Translations under genes and position numbers: made by a program | The notes under the pieces: generated by a model | Told to the model about the DNA's origin: nothing | The model's input: the letters and a program-made list of their open reading frames with translations, nothing else | Database searches by the model: none | Shown here: in pieces, positions 27,101 through 34,826 of the stretch | How the letters are laid out: every line of letters starts with the position of its first letter | Numbering within the stretch: the first letter of the stretch is position 1 | Source: Nemertoderma westbladi | Taxonomy: Eukaryota > Animalia > Xenacoelomorpha | Length of the DNA: 64,000 nt | Direction: 5' to 3' | Assembly (NCBI GenBank): GCA_032718475.1 | Contig: JAUCBJ010003513.1 | Location: 29,522-93,521, forward strand

Positions 27101-30100
27101 TGTGCAGTAAGGCCTACAGTATGTCCTGCAGTCTGCATGTGCCCTTCCGAATCGAAGTTTATTCTTCGCGAATCTCGAATCTCCCCGCGACTACCGTACT
27201 CTCGATCGGCAGCTACATCCCGTCGGGAAGCTTCTCTTCGATCCCCTATCCTGCTCTCTTCTTCGTACCGGTACGTCCTGTACCGCTCTCCTGGTGTGCG
27301 GTGCGTTTCTCCGGGGCGACGGCAATCTCCCGAAGTTCGACCCCACTGACTCCCTAACTCCATCTCTACTAGCGACGGCTCGCTATCCGTCCTCGCTCTC
27401 CGGTTGCCCCTAGCAACGACTCTCCTATTATCTTCACTCCTTCTCTCTTCGACCTCTCGGCTAAACTCTACTAATCTTCTTCTATCTCCGACCTCTCTAT
27501 TATACTCTACTAATCTTCTCCTATCTTCGACCTCTCTATTAAACTCTACTAATCTTCTCTCTTCTAACTGGGCTCGACGTTCCGTCGCCCGCCCTCTCGC
27601 GACGTCAACCTGTCTCTCTCTGCTCGATCGCACGCCGCTGGGGATACTCGCAATCCCCCTATCACTCTCCATCGCCGGGTGTTGCGGTTTACCTAATTCG
27701 GCCCGCGCATTATCCGCTGACGCCTGTGGGACACTCTCTGCCCCCCCTCTCTCGCTACTAATCTCTCGCGGTAGGGTGCCCGTAGCTCCCCCCCCACCCG
27801 CTACTTCTAACTTCGCTATCTCTTACTACACTTCTGCGTCCCTCTTGTCGGACACTCTCTACCCCCTTTCTCTCGCCGCTAATCTTCTGTGGTGGGGCGC
27901 CCGTAGCCCCCCCCCACATCTAACTTCACTATCTCTCACTTCGTCTCTACACCCCTCTCTAGTCGACGCACTGTCTCTACTACGGCTGGGTCTATTCACC
28001 CCCGCCTCTCTCTCTACTACTGCGTGGCCCACCAGGCCCACTTCGGGTTGGCTCAACCCCGCTACCCCCTGCCTACCAACTACGTGGCCTACCAGGCCGC
28101 CGTCGGGTTGGCTCAACCCTGCCACCTCCTGCCTACTAACTACGTGGCCTACCAGGCCCCCGTCTGCCGGGTTATGTACGTCCGACACGCTCATATTAAT
28201 AGCACCATTCCCAATATTATTTGTTAAATCAATTAAATTATTAGAATTTGAAACGGGATTTAAATTATTTAAATTAGAATTATTTGAATTATTCTGAATA
28301 TTTGAATTAATATTATTATTTGAATTTAAATTTAAATTACTGGGTAAAATATTTCCTGTAATAAAGGGATTAGGGTTATTTACTACGGTACTATTAATAC
28401 CAATATTTCCTAACGCACTACTACTACCCCCCTCGCCCGTACGGTTGCTGTACGTACTGTACGTGTACCGCACGCTCTGTTCTCTTGCCTCACGCTCACT
28501 CTCTCGCTCCTTCCTTCCCCTCAGTCGCCACTCTAATTCTTCCATTTTTAATTTATATGCCATGCGTTCACTCTCTCGCACCCGTCTTTCTTTTGCGGAG
28601 GATGTAGCAGACTTATAGGTTGCGACGGACTCCCGCCGCCCCTCCGTCCTACTAACTTTCCCCCGCTTTCCGGGGTCCTCGCTGACCGACGAGACCGAAT
28701 CCTCGGAGCTAACCTCGGATTCGCCCTCCTCAGGTCTCTTCCAACCCACTAACTTAACTTCCCTGGCATCGACTAAGTATGGCCCTATGTACACTACACC
28801 AGGCCCCATACCCCTACGTTCCCATAGCCCAAACAGTTCGAAGGCAACCCCTCTCGCTCTCTCGCTGGCTAGTTCTCCCTGGCCAGAACGCACTAGGTAA
28901 TCAAAGTATCTGTTCGACTCACCTAGTCGTCTCCTCAACTTCACCTGGTCTATCTCAGCCCCTCCTCTAACTTCCTTCAGTTGTTCCCGGGTCGCGGCGT
29001 AGGCTCGTCGAAGTCGATCAGAAACCCCGACATCCTCGTCGCCGACCTCTCCTCTCTCCCTCCGGGTTCGGCGTCGTACCGTCGGCTCCACCGTTGCCGT
29101 TCCGGTGGGCCGTTCGTCGCCCTCGGTCTGTGGCTGACCGGCGACATCGGCATATCGACCCTCCTTCCGTGTCGACTCGTCTTTCTTCTCTCCTCTCGAC
29201 TCGATCTCTCTTTGTAGACGACCCCCCACACCTTGGTTCGCCGGGTCGCTCGTTATCGACGTGACGTCATCAACGTGCGTCGACGTGGTCGGCGTAGCAT
29301 CGACCGGCGTCGTGGGTTCGTATCGTCTCGCCGTGGCCTCGCGGATCGTTAGATCGTCGTCCGGGGTCCGCGGCGGTGTCGTTCCTCTCTCTCGACTCAT
29401 CTCGCCTTTGGTAGCTGGCAGCCACAGTCTGTCAGTTGGTTAGATCTAGTTCTATCACTGTCAGACTGTTAGGGCAGCTGCTAGGATTCTATCTCTGTCA
29501 GGGCAGCTGGGCGGATCTAGTTCTGTCACTGTCAGGGCAGCTGGGCGGATCTGATTCTGTCACTGTGACGGGATCTACGGATCCCGGTTTATCCGTTGGG
29601 TTTTCTATCCACGCGTCCCCGCCGTGTGTGAAAGGTAAAAGAGTTCTGATGTTCGGTAATATGCATAAAGGTATAATAGTCTGAGATATATAGCAGTATA
29701 GTATAGTATGACACAACAGGTAATATATAATGGCGGTAGCGGACGGTGACAGAAGTCCCCGTTCCACCCTACTGATCCGACTGAGTAAACTGAACTGATA
29801 TGATTACAGGTTACTGGTTATATTGCACGGTGGCCTTATTGCTACTCAATCGATGCCTTTCCCCCCTCTGATTGGTTGATATCCCTGTTGGCACCCTTTG
29901 GAGTGTTTCCCTTCACTCCCTGTGTTCTCTCTCGGTTAGGGGTTTGGCCCCTGACCCCTATTGTGTGTGTCTCCTTTGGGGCCTATTGTCCCCGTTTACT
30001 GGGCTGACACGAGGTTGATTGGTAATCAACCTCGTGCTCCCAATATTGCTTTATGGCTCACTCTATGGGTTTGTGTTAGCGGAATTGGATAAGCTAACAG

Positions 30101-33100
30101 TTCATACGTTAGCGACTTACCGATGTTGTGTACATTCCTTATATTTCCGATCTAAGGTTCATACGTTAGCTTAGCGACTTACCGACGTTGTGTACATTCC
30201 TTATATTTCCGATCTAGGTTCATACGTTAGTGACTTACCGATGTTGTGTACATTCCTTATATTTCCGATCTAGGTTCGTACGTAAAAGTAAAGTTAAGTA
30301 AATTTTCTTCGGCCGCTAGGCCAGGGATTACGCACAAAGTCTGACGACTTATTTCCAGTGCGGTCCCCCCAGAACTTTACTCCCCAGAGGAAACTCCAGT
30401 ACTCATTTAGCTACCACTTAAGGATGCAAGGCAGAGATGCGCCCTGGCTGGTCCCTTTAAAGCATTCGTGCCGAAACGAAAACTGCCCTGGCCCATGTGA
30501 GGATCGAACCCACGACCTACAGGAGATGTGAATTCAATGCAACCACTACACCAAGGTGGAACCTACGTTAGCAACTTACCGATGTTGTGTACATTCCTTA
30601 TATTTCCGATCTAAGGTTCATACGTTAGCGACTTACCGATGTTGTGTACATTCCTTATATTTCCGATCTAAGGTTCATACGTTAGCTTAGCGACTTACCG
30701 ACGTTGTGTACATTCCTTATATTTCCGATCTAAGGTTCATACGTTAGCGACTTACCGATGTTGTGTACATTCCTTATATTTCCGATCTAAGGTTCATACG
30801 TTATCTTAGCGATTTACTGACGTTGTGTACATTCCTTATATTTCCGATCTAAGGTTCATACATTAGCGACTTACCGACGTTGTGTACATTCCTTATATTT
30901 CCGATCTACAGTAAGGTTCATACGTTAGCGACTTACCGACGTTGTGTACATTCCTTATATTTCCGATCTAAGGTTCATACGTTAGCGACTTACCGATGTT
31001 GTGTACATTCCTTATATTTCCGATCTAAGGTTCATACGTTAGCGACTTACCGACGTTGTGTACATTCCTTATATTTCCGATCTACAGTAAGGTTCATACG
31101 TTAGCGACTTACCGATGTTGTGTACATTCCTTATACTTCCGATCTAAGGTTTGTACGTTAGCGACTTACCGATGTTGTGTACATTCCTTATACAGTATTT
31201 CCGATCTAAGGTTCATACGTTAGCTTAGCGACTTACCAACGTTGTGTGCATTCCTTATATTTCCGATCTAAGGTTTGTACGTTAGCGACTTACCGATGTT
31301 GTGTACATTCCTTATATTTCCGATCTAAGGTTCGTACGTTAGCGACTTACCGATATTGTGTACATTCCTTATATTTCCGATCTAGGTTCGTACGTTAGCA
31401 ACTTACCGACGTTGTGTACATTCCTCATATTTCCAATCTAGGTTTGTACGTTAGCAACTTACCGACGTTGTGTACATTCCTCATATTTCCGATCTAAGGT
31501 TCGTACTTTAGCGACTTACCGATGTTGTGTACATTCCTTATATTTCCGATCTAGGTTCATACTTTAGCGACTTACCGACGTTGTGTACATTCCTTATATT
31601 TCCGATCTAGGTTCGTACGTTAGCGACTTACCGACGTTGTGTACATTCCTTATATTTCCATCGAATGGGAATCGCGGAGTGCTTTCCAACATAAACTCGC
31701 AATGTTCACAGAAGTGCATCGAATCTTTAGTATTCTGTAACTTACTTAGAGACTCGGTGGCCTTCAGTAGCAGTTTCACTTCTCGACTATTGTGGTCAAA
31801 CTATATATAAATATGAAAGGAACAGATTATAACCAAAACAATCAACTAGAACCAGAACCGGAAAAAAATAAACTATACAACAATGAGCTAGCCAGCTTTT
31901 ACTCTACCAAATCGCCAGGGCGACATATTTTCCAACTTGATATCGCAGTGCGACATTATTTCTCAGTATGTCCCTACGCCACACAATTACTTTTACTATA
32001 TTATATGTTCAGTATGTCACCGCGTCATTTTAAGCATAAATAATCACATGGCGTTATTCGAATACACCCAATAACTATTTCACAATTCTAAAACTTACAA
32101 AATTAAAATACAGTAGGTCAGAATCGAACCAGCGGCCTTTACATTCACAACCCGACGCGTTATCCCCTACACTAATTTGGTACGAGATTAAAGTGTTTAT
32201 ATTTAACATGTCATGCTTTCATGTTAAAAGGATGTTTTAGAAAGTTTAAATGCATAATGCATACAACTAATATTGTTCAATTAGTAGGCCTACTTTAAAG
32301 CTTTTTCGGCCCTCTTTTTATTATTTCACTCTTTTATTTTACAACATCAGTAACGCCATAAAGCGGTATTTTATGAACAATGATGTGTAGTTATTATATA
32401 ATAAATCTAATAATGTAATTAATATTGGCTATATATCGCCTGTACTTGGTGATCTTTAGGCGTTCAGTTCTACACACAACTAAAATGCTATCTATCAACA
32501 TGGCTTTAAACGAACTTGTCTTACACAGACTACAAGAAACAGATGGGATTGGAAGATGCAGACCAAGAATGACTTGCATCAACCAAAAAACTGCCTACCA
32601 TTTAATGTAATACACATTTGCCTAAGCAAACAAATCATAATCACAATTACTGCGATGTGTGAAATGTTATCCTTATCCACAAGCTGGGAAACGGCCCCAA
32701 ATAGCAGTTTACTCTGCGAAGGGGTTTTACTGTGTTGGATAAATAAATTAACGAACACTAAAATATTTCTCCCTAAACCTAATACAGTAGATTCTCAGTT
32801 AACCTAATAAAAAACATCGGAAGCAACCAATATAATGTCAAGCCTTCTATGAAAGTTTGTGTAATTTTCATTGCGTCTACCCAACAGCTGTTGGTACCCG
32901 GCTGGCACCCTGGTTCAGTTTTCTGATTATGTTAGTGTAATCGACAGCTGTTGTAAACGTCCCAGATATACAAAACCTACTAAGCCTTTACATTACAATT
33001 TAGCTTACCCTGAGTTGATGACAGTATTATAACGATGACAATTAGGCCCTATAGATACATACGATATATAAATGATGTACTGCTTGACATTACACTAACT

Positions 33101-33918
33101 GACTGAATAGAGATAGAACTATAATAATATAATAATAATGTAGTACGTAACTCAAATTAACAATAAGTAGTGAAATGTTGTTCAGCTGACAAAGTGTAGC
33201 TGTGGGTATTTAATTTCGCGTTCCATAATGTTGATAATATGCGAATATTTCGAATATCGCACATCGAATCGTTCCCAACTTTTTTACTCAACTACTAGAT
33301 AACAATTTATATAGTCGCGTTTACAATTTTCCAAGTTGAAGTTGAAGCCATTTGGTGGTTTATACATACATACAAACAACCAACCAAAAATACATATATA
33401 CATCTATCGTTTTTCGTCGCCTCAGCTCTAAACAAAAACTAACCAGTCTAAAGACAGATTCGTTATTAATTTATGATACTTGATTCTCATATACTCAGTC
33501 TCACAGACAGTGCCATTATATTATCCCCCATGTGAGGCAAATAAATTGTAAAGCGGTTGAAGTATTTAAAAATAACAAATGTGTATTTTTTTATTAAAAC
33601 AAATTAATACATTTACAATTAGAGTTAAGCTCAGGGATGGACACAAGGCCGGGTAAGCCCGCGGGCCGGGGCGGGCCGAGACCCAACAGGCCGGGCCGCG
33701 CCCGGGCCATGAAACCCCGGCCCGTGTCCATCTCTGGTTAAACTAACCTTTAGGAGCATTCCTTCTATTTCATCCCCCCATAACATTTCATCGGATTTTC
33801 TGTTTAAATGTTTATTCCACACGTTTATAAACTGATTTATTCCTTCTTGTTTCAAATATTCCGCATAATTCTTTGTTTCTTCGTAGGATAAAGGTTCCCC
33901 TTGACTTAATAAACCCAT
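14624..33918 (-). CDS. GCLC: Glutamate-cysteine ligase catalytic subunit-like gene, 9 exons, 617 aa
   Basis: Exons 33918-33748, 31800-31632, 21330-21080, 20900-20766, 20180-20004, 19587-19460, 16164-16017, 15810-15622 and 15109-14624. All introns are GT-AG, phases are compatible, total 1854 nt. Motifs [58 protein letters not shown]. Confidence 0.93.
15622..15810 (-). CDS. GCLC: GCLC exon 8
   Basis: aacag|[38 protein letters not shown]|gtaata. Confidence 0.92.
16017..16164 (-). CDS. GCLC: GCLC exon 7
   Basis: ttacag|[33 protein letters not shown]|gtacca. Confidence 0.9.
17285..17731 (+). CDS. Secreted cysteine-rich (CxxC-repeat) protein, 148 aa, nested antisense in GCLC intron 6
   Basis: Strong signal peptide, acidic linker, two CxxCxxCxxC clusters ([14 protein letters not shown]; [17 protein letters not shown]), helical C-terminus ending KEYL. 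GC-rich coding-like composition against AT-rich flanks; ATTAAA at ~17879. Confidence 0.85.
   Translation: MKLIIIVWSVLLLVLLSLSETSCKDTGGVSDEDTMSPSNEAAGTEGSDGDKGKEYGAFCKYCKYCKHCKSCDIECVDCDAEAIPGAPKRKCPVTCKYCSYCRLCSFCNTVCDSDGTLARWTAMAAAAAASLMPAEDIEKDLQTIKEYL
18042..19221. mobile_element. Foldback-type non-autonomous DNA transposon with satellite arms, 8-bp TSD GAATAATG
   Basis: The left arm (18042-18520) of AAAAATATCGAGAGT / AAAATATCGAGTGTTG units is mirrored by the right arm (18830-19221). Termini GGTAA..TAACC; GAATAATG at 18034-18041 and 19222-19229. Confidence 0.85.
19460..19587 (-). CDS. GCLC: GCLC exon 6
   Basis: gaag|[38 protein letters not shown]|gtaaat. Confidence 0.85.
19674..19780 (+). 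mobile_element. Internally deleted tRNA-derived SINE copy
   Basis: A-box/B-box-like head matches the reverse complement of 30470-30563 and is fused directly to the 3' motif TAGCGGCCGAAGAAA of the same SINE. Confidence 0.75.
20004..20180 (-). CDS. GCLC: GCLC exon 5
   Basis: cctag|[45 protein letters not shown]|gtaggc. Confidence 0.9.
20190..20545 (+). repeat. Dispersed repeat with ~63-bp internal tandem units (GAGCAGGTTACAGAGACGG..TTTTCTAACCAAAACAA)
   Basis: Second copy at ~46725-47068; inverted fragment at ~37340-37400. Confidence 0.75.
20766..20900 (-). CDS. GCLC: GCLC exon 4
   Basis: ttttag|[31 protein letters not shown]|gtaaat. Confidence 0.9.
21080..21330 (-). CDS. GCLC: GCLC exon 3
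   Basis: ttacag|(E)[38 protein letters not shown]|gtgggt. Confidence 0.9.
21442..21577. mobile_element. Short imperfect palindromic MITE-like hairpin
   Basis: Arms TACATACTTG..AAAGTA..TTACAGTGT..GTGGCTTT and AAAGCCAC..ACACTGTAA..TACTTT..CAAGTATGTA; related hairpin at ~37632-37770. Confidence 0.55.
22067..22305. repeat. 56-57-bp tandem array, left part (4 units), derived from the GCLC exon2/intron2 junction
   Basis: Unit AGGTTCATACGTTAGCGACTTACCGATGTTGTGTACATTCCTTATATTTCCGATCTA; continuous with 30100-31660 once the LTR element is removed. Confidence 0.95.
22306..22841 (-). repeat. 3' LTR
   Basis: Direct repeat of 29564-30099; flanked by the PPT; contains the perfect hairpin CACGAGGTTGATT-GGT-AATCAACCTCGTG. 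Confidence 0.95.
23370..24170. repeat. 66-bp and ~45-bp tandem repeats in the 3' non-coding region of the LTR element
   Basis: Core CTACGTGGCGCT(AA/TC)CGGTGCCCACAACC repeated about 12 times. Confidence 0.9.
24377..26893 (-). CDS. BEL/Pao gag (DUF1759-like), zinc knuckles and aspartic protease; pol deleted
   Basis: [48 protein letters not shown]...[32 protein letters not shown]. Confidence 0.85.
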   Translation of the reverse strand: MGPNILTSTPVLNIPVGRGQGDIPPSQYQQYTPIGARTSNPLDENRSCDTEIWRGPLPPMIYPTQQIKSTTDRTDGPHPIGESIQHPSNPLEAQAMGMATLIDALKTRIELPPVEPFKFDGSRPEEYLQFRRMYSNEILSKNLTQAECLKYLQVYTGGPAYDIVRQYQGIEGGFTTAWRALDREYGHPAKIIRQTLRGITSDGLQDNPVSIRTFANKVEKALIVLKTLDAPYELNASNNITTIAQALPIWLRRKWRKIAFSTREKKGAEPGLEEMSSFLNYEAELITDPVYSEDSLGTSHKPEHNPMDPFSRVGQSLPHAATQGTASPQLAGSRATPWRGQEENNTINKHNPNIPSRPNTDNQNTKSVHINLRAIREGLYRERYDPGFECQLHRDGTHKTRSCKHWQALPKQDRIAYTDANGLCHRCVVEGHRSGECRETAVRESETGGQAMATSTTEEEKKRKVLLGVVPVKISGEGGRSVTTLMLVDSGAAFTLVENWVAEEIGLKTRPNRMAVTTVSSKDEVLETRMGRCRIAAIAPGCDYGATIDPIHVIESININARRPTNIEVEQYRFLDGIDFSIPKVDVRKVSIIVGMDCPTAHERMKTVFGEDRQRDPTAILTPFGWTLSGPVKTKIPCSVTETSGCMLPGTAGAEDQEEKQQEIVEPDREVTVRKWAEESRFPNKHRYGDGAERTARCPEDNTPGECPEECRKECLEECPEECPEETQVQFGGIPTRGKSRRKAGWKGIGLLFYLLFCLFFHFLFILPAGDNKERGGILMPGDELVRKTVERPNLRVVKEGEPIPGQLELAGRAWRRVRGRIGGQWESAYWKKGHLKV
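26875..27672 (-). CDS. N-terminal gag segment of the LTR element (Arg/Glu-rich coiled coil), probably joined to 24377-26893 across a G-run
   Basis: Overlaps the next ORF; the frame change coincides with the C-run at ~26912-26925. Confidence 0.55.
   Translation of the reverse strand: MESDRGIASIPSGVRSSRERQVDVARGRATERRAQLEERRLVEFNREVEDRRRLVEYNREVGDRRRLVEFSREVEERRSEDNRRVVARGNRRARTDSEPSLVEMELGSQWGRTSGDCRRPGETHRTPGERYRTYRYEEESRIGDRREASRRDVAADREYGSRGEIRDSRRINFDSEGHMQTAGHTVGLTAHTIIGHAGRDRVGDRVARTTGLNPEVAEYIPVGRQEVNRPISVPVQQHDYNFQGHNIYPGGGGGLLQIDVWAPIY
27859..29400 (-). CDS. First ORF of the LTR element (charged, Asn-rich low-complexity 5' gag region)
   Basis: 513-aa ORF starting 163 nt after the 5' LTR; same frame as 26875-27672 but separated by stops. 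Confidence 0.55.
   Translation of the reverse strand: MSRERGTTPPRTPDDDLTIREATARRYEPTTPVDATPTTSTHVDDVTSITSDPANQGVGGRLQREIESRGEKKDESTRKEGRYADVAGQPQTEGDERPTGTATVEPTVRRRTRRERGEVGDEDVGVSDRLRRAYAATREQLKEVRGGAEIDQVKLRRRLGESNRYFDYLVRSGQGELASERARGVAFELFGLWERRGMGPGVVYIGPYLVDAREVKLVGWKRPEEGESEVSSEDSVSSVSEDPGKRGKVSRTEGRRESVATYKSATSSAKERRVRESERMAYKLKMEELEWRLRGRKERESEREAREQSVRYTYSTYSNRTGEGGSSSALGNIGINSTVVNNPNPFITGNILPSNLNLNSNNNINSNIQNNSNNSNLNNLNPVSNSNNLIDLTNNIGNGAINMSVSDVHNPADGGLVGHVVSRQEVAGLSQPDGGLVGHVVGRQGVAGLSQPEVGLVGHAVVEREAGVNRPSRSRDSASTREGCRDEVRDSEVRCGGGLRAPHHRRLAARERG
29564..30099 (-). repeat. 5' LTR
   Basis: Direct repeat of 22306-22841. Confidence 0.95.
30100..31660. repeat. 56-57-bp tandem array, right part (~22 units, the last being the real GCLC exon 2 end and donor)
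   Basis: Minus-strand unit ATCGGAAATATAAGGAATGTACACAACRTCG-GTAAGTCGCTAACGTAYGAACCT(T)AG merges into the exon 2 coding sequence at 31632-31660. Confidence 0.95.
30284..30563 (-). mobile_element. tRNA-derived SINE with a Nin/Deu-like core, inserted in the array
   Basis: A-box TGGTGTAGTGG, B-box GGTTCGATCC, central CTCTGCCTTGCATCCTT..AAATGAGTAC, (TTTAC)n-like tail, possible TACGT TSD. Confidence 0.85.
31632..31800 (-). CDS. GCLC: GCLC exon 2
   Basis: tatag|[12 protein letters not shown]...[12 protein letters not shown]...NIRNVHNV-G|gtaagt; aligns to GCLC FDHENKKVRL..PEYGSYMIEGTP..NTVE. Confidence 0.88.
32115..32175 (-). mobile_element. Degenerate tRNA-like SINE head
   Basis: Minus strand TAGTGTAGGGG..GGTTCGATTC with A/B-box spacing; no acceptor stem. 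Confidence 0.35.
33632..33736. mobile_element. 105-bp GC-rich hAT-type MITE 11 nt into GCLC intron 1
   Basis: TIRs CAGGGATGGACAC / GTGTCCATCTCTG; 8-bp TSD GTTAAGCT / GTTAAACT; internal GGCCCG repeats. Confidence 0.85.
33748..33918 (-). CDS. GCLC: GCLC exon 1
   Basis: [16 protein letters not shown]...[11 protein letters not shown], donor AAG|gttagt. Confidence 0.92.
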
Positions 33919-34289
33919 CACTTACAAATAGTTTATACATAAATCAAATTATCTTTGGCGCCTACTGTAGGTGGTATTGAACTGCGCTTGTGTTTTCCAG
34001 ATTGGAAATCCAATAAAAATATATAAATATATATAAATATAAATAAATATGAATATATAAATAAATAAATCTTATAATTTTACTATGAACAACATACAGT
34101 ACTTTATGAACGTGTTATATCATTTATCGTATTGCATAACGGGTCGTTAGTATAGAAGCTATATTGAGTCCACTGTTGGTAACAGGTGGCCAATAACGTT
34201 AACGGTGGAAACAAAACTGGTAGCCCAATAATATAATGTACCATACTGTACACAAACTCGCGAACCTAAACATTTACAGTGTACAGCAA

Positions 34290-34826
34290 CAGCACGCTAG
34301 TGGCCGAAACTGTCACGGTCTGTACGCTAGTGTACGAAACTGTCAAAGATACACAGTACGTTAGTGGCCTACACTGTCACGGTCTGTACGCTAGTGTACG
34401 AAACTACCACGGTCTGTACGCTAGTGGCCTACACTGTCATGATACACAGTACGCTAGTGGCCTACACTGTCACGGTCTGTACGCTAGTGTACGAAACTAT
34501 CACGGTCTGTACGCTAGTGGCGTACACTGTCATGATACACAGTACGCTAGTGGCCTACACTGTCACGGTATGTACGCTAGTGTACGAAACTATCACGGCC
34601 TGTACGCTAGTGGCCTACACTGTCAAAGATACACTGTACGCTAGTGAGCTAAACTGTCACGGTATAGGCCTACATTAGTACGCTAGTGGCCTACACTGTC
34701 ACGGTCTGTACGCTAGTGTACGAAACTATCACGGTCTGTACGCTAGTGGCCTACACTGTCAAAGATACACTTGTACGCTAGTGAGCTAAACTGTCACGGT
34801 ATAGGCCTACATTACAGTACGCTAGT
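34290..34826. repeat. ~30-bp minisatellite (CTGTACGCTAGTGGCCTACACTGTCACGGT) upstream of GCLC
   Basis: Three alternating variants of a 30-33-bp unit, ~17 copies, 370-900 bp upstream of the ATG. Confidence 0.9.

Larger units (their letters stand above)
22306..30099 (-). mobile_element. Non-autonomous BEL/Pao LTR retrotransposon (gag-protease only), 7794 bp
   Basis: 536-bp LTRs (TGT..ACA) at 22306-22841 and 29564-30099 look identical. 5-bp TSD GTTCA (22301-22305, 30100-30104). [12 protein letters not shown] adjoins the 3' LTR. No RT, RNase H or integrase motifs found. Confidence 0.93.

Noticed and set aside
30470-30563. tRNA gene
   Set aside because: A and B boxes are present but there is no proper cloverleaf, and it continues into a SINE body; the same applies to 19674, 32115 and ~63270-63335.
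30100-31660. CRISPR-like array or ORFs in the 57-bp repeat
   Set aside because: No spacers; the ORFs are repeat read-through.
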